Below, piece by piece: positions 26,230 to 36,900 of a DNA stretch of 44,701 nt. Below the pieces are notes generated by a model that had not been told where the DNA came from, did not search any database, and worked only from the letters and a program-made list of their open reading frames with translations. This DNA comes from Dicyema japonicum (lineage: Eukaryota; Animalia; Dicyemida), in NCBI GenBank assembly GCA_011109175.1, contig RDEW01000057.1:217206-261906 (forward strand), read 5' to 3'. Positions within the stretch are counted from its first letter, which is position 1; each line of letters starts with the position of its first letter. The position numbers and the translations under genes were made by a program.

Positions 26230-27160
26230 GTGCCAATTAGCATTCCTAGGTAACGAAATATAATTAAATATTTACACTACCCAGCGTTTTGAGATACAAA
26301 AAGCGTGGATCTTTTCGTCTAAGTTGTGACAAGTAGGGTTAAATTATTACCCCATGATCACAGAGTTAAAAAAAACAGAAATACAATGGGAGAGCTTGTC
26401 TGGAAAAGCGATTGACAAGTTCTAGTTCTGTCATCAGCTTTGAGATTTTCTTTTCAGTGTTCTCCAACCACGTACTTTGCGGTTTAACCTTCGCAGTTAA
26501 AGTCATATAAGCACACTGTGCAGCATATAGAATATCAGTAATTTGATTGATATCTTGAGGCGGATTATCTTTCGTAATATATTGCAGAATTTAGTCCCGA
26601 CAAAACATTAACTCTGACATACTTTCTCTGAATTTTGGGTGTTGGTTTTCGAGTATCCCTCGGAATTGACTTAATTTTCTCAATTTGTACTTTTAGTTCC
26701 TCAAGGCAATTTCTGAAGGTGGAAATTTCCACATTAGTATTATTTTGCACTTTGAAACATTCGCCTCCTTTTACATTGTTATTCCGATTTTCAGCATCTT
26801 TTTTAGCTAACATAGACTGGAACTCTTGGAGTACTTTTCAATGAACTTTTTAAGTACGAAGTTCCAGTCACCTCTAGGTATCCTTCCAAATCTTTGTTTC
26901 GTGGCAAGAAAAATCTGAGATACCCACTCAGCTTCAGAGACACAGTGGACCTCTTCAATAATGGCAGATAGTAAATGCGAGTTGGTTTTGGCACCAATAT
27001 TCCCAACGATGTTGATATTAGTTCTTGTGACATTATCCAGCCCCGCAGACGACGGTCCTGCTTCTACTATACTATCTTCTTTATTTGATTTTGCAGGAAG
27101 GCCCATAGGATTCGATTTCTCGGTATGATTAGAAACGGACATGTCAACACCACAACAACT
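26230..27160 (-). mobile_element. 5' part of an R4-like retrotransposon ORF (frameshifted)
   Basis: TKQRFGRIPRGDW, VEISTFRNC and RKPTPKI parallel the N-terminus of the 32100-34985 ORF. Confidence 0.85.
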
Positions 27161-27677
27161 ATGAGAATTACTAAGTATATAATGAGAAATAACTAAATAT
27201 AGATAAAACATTATTATAAATCTCGCATGAAACTACATCCCTGATAGACACTAATTGCCTAAGCGGCCATCGGCCGCTGTTCTTCTGATAGATATTAATT
27301 CCCTATGCGGTTACAGATTCTTCGATCAATGTCATTAAGCTATTGTCTTCCTTTATTTTTTTTATTTTTTTTGAAATAAAACCCGATTTATTTAATAAAA
27401 AAATTTAATTTCCTTTATTTATCTCAATTTTTAAAGTCTTTATTTATGAACTTTATATTCTGATCCATCCTCCTGTTCTACAATAACAAGATTATTGGAG
27501 AATTTTGAATACACGTCAAAAACAGTGAGTAACCAAGAAAATGAATCATTACAGGTTTTAAATCTACAAAATTAAACCATAAGAAATACCTTTTTAAGTC
27601 GATAAAATCTACTTGCAATTTTTCATTCGGGAAGTTAGAAAAAATATTACAAATCTCATACAGGGTTTTCCTATTTA

Positions 27678-27777
27678 TTTAATAACTTTGTCAAAAAATT
27701 TAATAACTTTGTCATAAAATTTAATAACTTTGTCATAAAATTTAATAACTTTGTCAAAATGTTTAATAACTTTGTCA
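27678..27777. repeat. Five 21-bp subterminal direct repeats (TTTAATAACTTTGTCA core)
   Basis: Cores start at 27678, 27699, 27720, 27741 and 27762. The first overlaps the TIR. Confidence 0.9.
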
Positions 27778-27832
27778 AGGGTCAAATTAAAAGAAACCAA
27801 TTTTATAATTAATTGAAAAAAACAACTATAAA

Positions 27833-28883
27833 TTAAAATTCTTCATAAGCCAATGCTTTAACTAAATAGCTCCGCATGTGGCTATACAAATTATTGCACA
27901 CATCTGATGGAATTTCTCCGATGTTTTGGATTGCGTTTATTAATTCCTCAGAGTTCCTACAATTTTTCTTTTTGATGTTATTTTTCCAAACAGAAAAAAA
28001 CTCTTCAATTGGATTGAGTTGAGGAGTATAAGGAGGCAAAAAATACAATTCATACCCTATACACGTTAAAAATTAATTGGATACCAGTTCCGAATACAAC
28101 ATTTTTTAATTGCTCGCTCTTGTGAATTGATGCATTGTCACATATCAATACCATGTCTTAAATATAATATATAACCATACATTTTTTCCCTGCATGTTCA
28201 AGCTTATAATTAAGCTGTATTACAAAATCAATGAACGTCTCTGCACGATAAGGGGAGGAATTGATTTCGTAATGTAAAAGGCCATCCACAGAAATAGCAG
28301 CACAAATAGAAAAATTTTTCTCTCTTATGTTTCTAGTACATTTTTTCGGAGTAACTCCTTTTATAGATCTTCCAAATTTGGATCTCATAGAACAATTGAC
28401 TCCCATTTCGTCTATAAAAATAAGCCGTTGATGATCAATTTCAATTATTTTTCTGGCAAATCTATATCTTTCTTCCATATTTATTGTAGAATTTCTCGCC
28501 ATAGGTACAAATTGAATCTTTTTAAAACTATATCCAAATGTATCTAGCGTCCTATTTATTGTCGATAAAGATACATTTTTTCTTTGCACATCAAATAAAG
28601 AATTTTTTAAATTCTTCAGAGTAAATGAAGCATCTTCTTCAATTTTTTTAGTCAAAAATAAGATGTCCGATGAATTAAGTTTTTTCTTTCGTCCACAATT
28701 ATTTTTTGTTGAAGCAAAACTTCCTGTATTTTTGTATTTTTTGACGATAGAAACAACTGTCTGATAGTTAATACAGATGTCTTCGAATATTTTTGAATAA
28801 GCCAACCCTGCTTCATATTTATTTATAATAAGTTTTCGGTTATCCTCGGATACAGTAGTATTTTTGTTTTTGTAACTATTCAT
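27833..28883 (-). CDS. DD34E transposase, 332 aa, 3 exons, apparently intact
   Basis: Exons 28883-28181, 28156-28085 and 28056-27833 (999 nt). GT-AG introns of 24 nt (28180-28157) and 28 nt (28084-28057). Motifs IFIDEMG, CDNASIH and LPPYTPQLNPIEE, with 34 residues between the second D and E. Confidence 0.92.
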
Positions 28884-29240
28884 TTAATTCAATTTGCGCT
28901 AAAATTTGTATTTATAGGAACTTAATAATCCAATAAATATAAATAATGATCTAATAAATATAAATAATNTGAAGCAAAACTTCCTGTATTTTTGTATTTT
29001 TTGACGATAGAAACAACTGTCTGATAGTTAATACAGATGTCTTCGAATATTTTTGAATAAGCCAACCCTGCTTCATATTTATTTATAATAAGTTTTCGGT
29101 TATCCTCGGATACAGTAGTATTTTTGTTTTTGTAACTATTCATTTAATTCAATTTGCGCTAAAATTTGTATTTATAGGAACTTAATAATCCAATAAATAT
29201 AAATAATGATCTAATAAACTTTGAAAATAAATTGATTAAA

Positions 29241-29641
29241 TTTAATAACGAATAAATTAACTAATCAATTAATTAAGCGTATTTTGATCCAGATTGTTGG
29301 TAATCCCTCTTCTTCTCTTAGAAGAAGAGTGTGCCATAACCTCCCTGTTACTCCGCATCTCCACATCATATTCAGTCAAAATATCTCCGTTAGAGTCCAG
29401 TGGGCTGTCTTCACGGCATGCCAGTTCCACAAGTTGGGAGGTAGCAGAGGCGTACTCTTCATCGTATACCTTCATCCCATGCTTATGTTCAATGAGCATA
29501 CTTTCGAGCGTTCTCTTCAGTACAACCGATTGGATGTAAGTCCTCGTTGATTCTTCAATAGATAATTTATCCATATGATTCTTGAAGCATCTTGAGACAA
29601 CTCCATCCCATGTCAAAACCACTGGAATAATCTTCACTTGG
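29241..29641 (-). mobile_element. 3' end of an R4-like retrotransposon nested inside the Tc1 element
   Basis: KIIPVVLTWDGVVSRCFK..QSVVLKRTLES. The 3' UTR is shared with the 25913 copy. Truncated at N29642. Confidence 0.88.
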
Positions 29642-29920
29642 NCAAAGTTATTAAATAAATAGGAAAACCCTGTAAGATTGTTTCAGAGTTGACGAGAATA
29701 AGCAGACTTCACAATTTTGGACCACACCTCTAATTAAAACGTTCGCCACATAACTTTTCCAAAATGTTTTGTCCACAATGGGCTTGCCGATGTAAGTTTT
29801 CTGCAAGCAAAGTCATAAGAGCATCATTATCAAACGTTATAACCAGCTTGTGGTTATTTAATTGGTCCTAAGATATAAAGATCCATCGAGTAATATACTT
29901 GTGTGTATATATAACTTGGA

Positions 29921-30067
29921 CATCATTTATGGGAATTGGGTCATCATTAATAGGAATTGGGTCATCATTTATGGGAATTGGGTCATCATTAATAGGAATT
30001 TGGTCATCATTAATGGGAATTGGGTCATCATTTATGGGAATTGGGTCATCATTTATGGGAATTGGGT
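29921..30067. repeat. 21-bp minisatellite, 7 copies (CATCATTWATRGGAATTGGGT)
   Basis: Units start at 29921, 29942, 29963, 29984, 30005, 30026 and 30047. Confidence 0.95.
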
Positions 30068-30072
30068 CAACA

Positions 30073-31370
30073 TACTAATCTGCACTTATAGCTATAAAAC
30101 TATTATAGGTCTATGGAGCCTACCTAAAATAAAATCTTAAATATTTTAGTATAGAATGGTTATTTATTCTAGATAGTTAAATACAATTTCAAAATATTCG
30201 CTGTTAATTTAAATAAACACTCGATTTCAAATCGTTATACTAATCTCCACCTTTAGCGATAAAACTATTATTGGTCTATAGAGCTTACCTAAAATAAAAT
30301 CTTAAATATCTTACTATTGGCATGGTTATTTGATTCCAAGAGGTTGTATAATATAGAATAACTCATTATTAATTTAAATAAACATTGGATTTTAAATTGT
30401 ATTACTAATCTGCACTTATATCGATAAAACTATTGTTGGTCTTTAGAGCCTACCTAAAATAAAATCTTAAATATCTTGGTATAGGAATGGTTATTTGATT
30501 CCAAGTGGTTGTATAATATAGAATATAATCATTATTAATTAAAATAAACATTCGATTTAATTGTATTACTAATCTGTACTTAAATAGATAATACTATTGT
30601 TGGTCTTTGGAGCCTACCAAAAATAAAATCTTAAATATTTTGATATAGGCATGGTTATTTGATTCCAGATAGTTAAATACAATTTCAAAATATTCCTTGT
30701 TAATTTAAATAAACACTCAAATTCAAATCGTTATACTAATCTGCACTTATAGATATAAAACTATTATAGGTCTATGAGCTTACCTAAAATAAAATCTTAA
30801 ATATTTTAGTATAGGCATGGTTATTTGATTCCAAGTGGTTATTCCAGGTGGTTATAGTATATAGACATATAGTTGATTTAAAATAAAATCTTTATTTGAA
30901 TTCAAATGATTATACTAATCGGCACTTATTGCAATAATAATGTTATAGGTCTAAGCTTCATCTTGCAGATTAAATCCATTATATAATTGTATAGGCGTCG
31001 TAGTTTGATTCCAGGTTGTTATATAATATTGGCCTATAGTTACTATAAATTTATAATACATATCAGAATTCAAATGGTTATACTAATCGACATTTATTAT
31101 AATAATAATGTTATTGGTCTAAGCTTCATCTTACAGATTAAAACCATAAAATAATTGTATAGGCGTCGTAGTTTGAATTCAGATGGATATTGTAAATAGG
31201 TATATAGTTGATTTAAAATTAAATCTTTATTTGAATTCAAATGGTTATACTAATCGGCGCTTATTATAATAATAATGTTATTGGTCTAAGCTTCATCTTG
31301 CAGATTAAAACCATTAAATAATTGTATAGGCGTCGTAGTTTGATTCCTACTGGTTATAGTATATAGACAT
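30073..31370. repeat. About 166-bp AT-rich satellite, about 8 units
   Basis: TACTAATC anchors at 30073, 30238, 30403, 30567, 30734, 30913, 31081 and 31248 (spacing 164-179 bp). Confidence 0.92.
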
Positions 31371-31374
31371 AATA

Positions 31375-34300
31375 AATATTTTAACGAAACAACGAGTCAC
31401 AAGTAATTAATTAATTAGCTAATCTCCTCTTCTTGGGGCCAACGTCAATTGTCAGTATAGGTGTGTTTTCGTTGTCGCACAACCCACATTCCGAGACTCC
31501 CCTTGGTCGACATTCCTTATCAGCTTCCTCCTCATCAGGTATCGATACTCCATGTCTATCTTCAGCTTGCATGCTCTCCAACGTCTTTCTCAATACTAAC
31601 GTTTGGATGTACGCTTTCACCCTTTCCTCCAGTTTGAGGGCATCCAGATGGNNNNNNNNNTCGATACTCCATGTCTATCTTCAGCTTGCATGCTCTCCAA
31701 CGTCTTTCTCAATACTAACGTTTGGATGTACGCTTTCACCCTTTTCTCCAGTTTGAGGGCATCCAGATGGCCCTTGAAGAATCTCGAAACAATCCCATCC
31801 CAGGTAATGACTACAGGGATTATTTTTACCTTTGCGCAATGAATACATCCGAGTTCGTTCGCCAGTAAGTCATACTTATGGAACTTTTCCACCTCGACTT
31901 GCTTGAGGCAGTTTTGGGACGTGATCCCAATTTCAACGAGAGTAATCGTATTACGCACCTTATCATGAACGAAAATATCGGGTTTGTTATTCTGTACAGC
32001 CGTATCTGTACTAATCGTTGTGTCTACACGAATCTCCACAAATTCATTTAAGACAACAGATTGGACTAAGTGGGTCTTCAGTTTCTTAGTTTTTCTTATT
32101 CAATATTGACGGAATAGGTGTAAGTGAATACATCTGACCACCTCGTTATGCCGCCTGAGATAAAAACTATTCAGCATTCTCCCACATCTAGTTGCAAGGT
32201 GATCAACGGTCTTCTTTCCTGAGTTACAATGTTTGCACTTGGCTTCTCCATTATCAAAAAACATGTTACGATCCTGAAGCAGACACAGCCTTCCTTCGGT
32301 TACAGGAGAATGATTTCCATGAACTAACCACCCTGAGGATTCAGCAATATTCACTTCGGTATCTTTCAGACACTCAAATAGAATAGAGTGCAGCGATTTC
32401 TCTTCAATTTTTCCCAGTAGATATTCATGTTGTATTTCCATCAATTTCAACATTGTCAAATCCTTCACATTTTCAATGTTGTACTTTCTTGAGATGAATT
32501 CTACGATAGTGGCCATGTGTATTTTCTTTGAATTAATGACCCGTAGAATTCCCGCTCTTCTTAGGCAGTAATTTGCCTTATGTTCCAAATCACTATAAAA
32601 TTGGAGGAGCATTCTTTCTGCTTTGTTACTGACTGACTCGAGGCCTCTTCCAAATTTATTTCTTGGTAGATAAAGTCTTTCTTTGTTTGCCGGTTGCAAG
32701 TGGATATGACTGTCCATAAGAATTCTGCGAATATTTTTATCAATCTGTTCAAACTCTCCAGGTTCGATATCAATCAATCCAATGTAATAGTTGTAAAGGG
32801 AGATTGCATACTCATTCATAGCTTTAAACAGGTTCACTGAGTTTAAATCCGTCTTCGTCAAATTTTTGATCCGCTTAGATACTTCTCCATAGATTTTATT
32901 CATAATTTCTCCTTTAAGAACATTGCTGTTCTTATCTTCAAGAACTCCCAAATATCGGTATCCATCCAATCCATCAAGGAAACGAGCTTTCCCAGACAAG
33001 GACTTGACATTTGTTGCAGATTTGTCAAAGTTCCTCTCCAACCCGGCTGCATCAAAAAACGAATCAACTTCTTCCATCATCATAACCATTGAATCACTTT
33101 TGTGAGAAAACAACTTTATATCGTCCATAAACAGAAGGTGATTAGTGGCATATGTTGGCTCTCCATTTCCCGGGCTTCCCATAGTTACTTTAGGAAATTT
33201 TCCATTCAATATTCGGCTAAGGGGGTCCATTAACAAAGCAAAGATCTGTGGCGAAAGAGAGTCCCCCTGTAGAATTCCTCTTCTTATTCTAATCTCCCCC
33301 AACACTTTTCCTTCCAAATTCAGTCGTATCTTCCATTTCCCAACAAGTTTCGTGATAAAACTCACAATCCAGAAAGGCAGGCCAGAATTCTGGAGCACTT
33401 CGCCCAAAAACTCGTGGTCAACGGAATCAAATGCTTTTTTAACATCGATCCAGGTAGAACATAAGTTACTTCCATTTCTTTGATTTAAACATTGGTTCAC
33501 CAAAGCTTGTTCTTTGGCTCCTTGACACATCCTCCGAGTTCCCAATTGATTATCACTTAAGAGATCGTACGATTCAATATATTCAGATAATTTCTTGTTC
33601 ACACACTTTGTCAATAGTTTATAGAGATTAGGCATACAAGTAATTGGTCTTAACTCCTTGGGTGAATTACATACGTCCACTTTTGGTATAAGATGTGTTA
33701 TCCCCGTGTAGAACCAATCACCAGGCGTATATTCATCATTTATGATCTTCTGAATCTCCTCGCAAAGATGTTCATGAATCGAAGTAAAACTTTTGATAAA
33801 GAAGTTATAAACTCCGTCGCACCCAGACGCTTTCCAATTTGGAAGCATCTTGATAGTATCGACGATCGCTTCCTTTGTAAAATCGGCATAAGAATTTTCA
33901 GATCCAGTCACTCTCTTGTTCAACAAGAATTTGCTCTCCTTTCGATCACTCTCATTCCAAATGGTTGTCCAAAAAGGTAGACATTCCCCTTCATCGAAAT
34001 TCAGCACTCCCTTCTTATTATCTCCACTAATATTTCTGTAGAACCGCCTTCTATTCAACTCGAAGCACCAATTGGCTCTTCTAAATCCCTTTCTTGATTC
34101 ATAAATTCTCAATTTCTTCTCAATTATCTTGATTTGATCACGGACATAGGAAGCAATTCTCTCAAATTCTCCCCTCTTCGATTTCTTAAATCCATATGAA
34201 CATAGAGTATTGCGCACTTCTTCATCAAATTGCTTCTTCCCGTTCATTTCACTAGCCATTTGAATTTGCTCAAGTTGTTTCCTAAGTTTAGTGATTTTTC

Positions 34301-35000
34301 CTTTCATGGACTCTTCCCAATTACTTTTAGTGCTATTCCTCCTGGTAAGACTTTCATAGGTGCACTGCCCAGCATATATGATATCTGTGATATCATTGAT
34401 ATCCAAATTAGGCAAGGAATCTATATATTCCTTGATTGCCGCATTAATTCCATTCAAAATATCCTTTTTTATCAATTGTCTGGGAATCTTCCTAGTAGGC
34501 ATGCGAAGGTTCCTTCCCATTGTAATTACTTTCCCAATTTGGCAACAAAACTCTTTAAAGCATTTTCTAAAATTCGAAATTTCTACCTTCTGTATTTCCC
34601 CAACTGGAAGACCACAGAGTGATTCACTCGAATTTGAAAAGAGCAAGCTCTTGAAATTGGTAACGGATTTCGATGTCCCGAATCTTTGGTTAAAAGCATT
34701 CGTAATCAGAGGCCAACCACCACGGGGCATTCTCTTAAATCTGGATTTTGTAGCTTCAACTACTTCCACAGCCCATTGTCTCTTGTCCACAGTGTGAACT
34801 TTGTCGACTACGCATTGCAGTGAGAGAAGATGTTCTTTAAGATCAGTATTGACAACTTTTTGGGTCTTGGACAAGTCATCGACCACATTCTCTACGTTTC
34901 TTTTGTTTTTTCTTTTAGTAACTTTCGTAGATAGGTCGATTGAAACATTTTTTCTTCTTTTCTTACAAGAAACAGCCATGCCCACAACAACAAAAAATTC
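31375..35000 (-). mobile_element. Near full-length R4/Dong-like RT-RLE non-LTR retrotransposon; ORF 34985-31411, about 1151 codons, one internal TGA
   Basis: RT motifs LPNWKASGCDG, LRPITCMP, GAKEQAL, WIDVKKAFDSV, GILQGDSLSP, FMDD and YRYLG. CCHC knuckle CKHC..DHLATRC, RHNEVV and restriction-like endonuclease KPDIF..VEI. The frame continues through TGA 32100-32102. Collapsing the 119-nt overlap at the N gap (31652-31660) keeps the frame to the stop at 31411. Confidence 0.93.
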
Positions 35001-35079
35001 GTTTAATTAAATTATAAAATAAATAATTATATTAATTGTCTTTCTATGCACAACGTAAACTTCCTCCATTTAGGATAGG

Positions 35080-35900
35080 AGACTAAAGTAAAGACGGTTA
35101 TTTAAAGAAAAATGTAAACTACAGTACTTTTTTACATGCAAAGATACATTTTTTAGTTTGCAACAACAGCATTGCCACACCAAGAGTAAAGCTTAAAAAG
35201 ACATTATGAAACTAACCATCGAATGCTTTACAAAAATAGAGCAAGCCAATGTAGCTTCTGTTACTGCGAGCTATGAACTCAGCCGAATGGTCCCAATGGG
35301 TGACAAATCTTACATTGAAGGAGATTATAAAGCATTGATGGTAAGAAATCTGATATTGTTTGCCCATGGAATACACAGTTATGTCAGAACATTCCATTAA
35401 CCAGGAACACTACTGCTGTCAGATTGATGATTACAGGATGATTTTAAACAACGGTTGAAGACTACATCATCTAAATTTGTGAACACCTTTCTTTTGCTAT
35501 TGATGATACCGTTGACATCACTGAAGTAGCACAGCTTGCAGTTTTTATCAGTGCCTGTGACAGGCAGTAATACATTTCAGTCAGAACGAGTGATTTTATA
35601 ATCTTTTAAAAATAATATCAATTGCTATATTTCCAGAAAGTTGGTCTCTCGATTATGAGAGGTAACTCCATCGCGTGCTCAATGCCTGCAGGCCATAATG
35701 GAGACCTGTCATAACAACTTTACTTTAATAATAAGTTGTTATATTTGGCTTAGTGTCATCGTAATATAGTCGGTGTAGTAAGATTACGAATTATTAAATA
35801 CACTTCAATAAGATTACGGTGTTTTTAAAATTTATTAGTGTGGCCCGCTTGTATCCTCAAATTATCTTATGTGGCTCCTGGAGCCTTTTGAGTTTGATAT
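35080..35900 (+). mobile_element. hAT (Buster/SPIN-like) transposase remnant
   Basis: ASVTASYELSR, NIPLTRNT and FSFAIDDTVDITEVAQLAVFI. Confidence 0.75.
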
Positions 35901-35949
35901 GCTTTCTTTAGATGACTGTCCGACGAGGGCTCTTCTGGAACGCGTCATG

Positions 35950-36900
35950 ATCACGGGATTGATATTTTGGTTTTATCCAAGATCTTAGAAATAATTTCGA
36001 TCTGACGCACTTCCTATTTGCACGTGTTACTTTTGGAGGTGTCATTAGGGGTCCTGTTGTCCTCAAAAAATGCTTCGGAAGGAGTTGGTCTTACACCAAG
36101 TTGAGAAGGTTTTAAAGTTCTAGTGACTGTTGCTTGAATAACTTCGATCTTTAGATTTGTATTTTACAGTTTTATCACTCATGCAGCACAGCTAATTGTC
36201 GGTTGTAGAGTGAGCTCATTGTTTAGTTGAAATACTCTTTTTAGTGTCCAAGGAGTGTTTTGACAAAGTTCAGTTTCATTGGTCAACAGAATTTGACCAA
36301 GAATAGCTTGTAAGAGTTTGTGGAGGGGATAAAATTTAAATTAAGATTTAAGATCGATGAAGAGTTAGTCTTCTATTTGAGGTAAAACCATTGTGTATGA
36401 TTTTTCAAGACTTGTGTATAATAGGTTTCCCATAACTCAGGTGGTCTGATAAATCCTGTAAGAGGGCAGCCGCAATGTGAACACACTGGTGTCTTGATGA
36501 TTACATCGTCACAATACGCAAAAACCAGCCTATCGGCGATGGTAATGGTAGGTATATTTTTCAGGAAAAGATTTAACAAAATATGAGATTACTGTGGAAC
36601 ACCATCTGGCAGAAATATAGATAACGATTGCATAGAACGTGCGCCTACCCTTCCAATTCGTCCGTTAAAAAGGTTTGCAATCAAAATTTTCAATTTGTAA
36701 AGAATGTCAGATTTTTCAAAGATTTAAGCTTTTCCTCTTCTCAAGACAAACAATTGTAGTCACGTGAATCCAACAGAGTAACAAAATTTATTCAAGTATT
36801 GAGGTAAATAAGAAATTGAAAATAATCCAATCTACAGAAGAAAAGTCTTTTGATTGAGAAACAACTGGAAGAACCCAAAACTGCAAATTTCAAACTGTTA
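35950..36900 (-). mobile_element. LINE RT remnant
   Basis: DGVPQ*SHILLNLF and LVFAYCDDVII. Confidence 0.6.

Larger units (their letters stand above)
27661..29672 (-). mobile_element. Complete Tc1/IS630-type DNA transposon with TIRs and TA target-site duplication
   Basis: Left TIR CAGGGTTTTCCTATTTATTTAATAACTTTG (27661-27690) is the perfect reverse complement of 29643-29672; the right TIR is cut by N29642. TA at 27659-27660 and 29673-29674. Confidence 0.93.
27440..29860 (-). pseudogene. Intron-containing retroviral-type (Ginger-like) integrase remnant, split by the Tc1 element (pieces 29860-29673 and 27660-27440)
   Basis: Removing 27661-29672 and one TA rejoins the frame GVVQNCEVCLFSSTLKQSY|EICNIFSNFPNEKLQVDFIDLKR. 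LHRQAHCG lies upstream in another frame (HHCC zinc domain, one frameshift). Splicing the 26-nt GT-AG intron 27589-27564 gives FKTCNDSFSWLLTVFDVYSKF. The catalytic core is then deleted. Confidence 0.8.

Noticed and set aside
4218-28180. Introner-type (transposon-derived) origin of the micro-introns
   Set aside because: The intron sequences are not similar to each other and show no terminal repeats or target duplications.
29862-31370. CRISPR-like array or repeat-protein ORF (IIYGNWV)n
   Set aside because: The repeats are contiguous with no unique spacers, there are no cas genes, and the context is eukaryotic. The ORF is a by-product of the 21-bp period.
32100-32102. Alternative nuclear genetic code (TGA as a sense codon)
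   Set aside because: No other in-frame TGA occurs in about 1150 codons or in the host genes, and Trp is encoded by TGG.
32192-35010. Several plus-strand ORFs overlapping the R4-like element
   Set aside because: Antisense shadows of a long coding frame.
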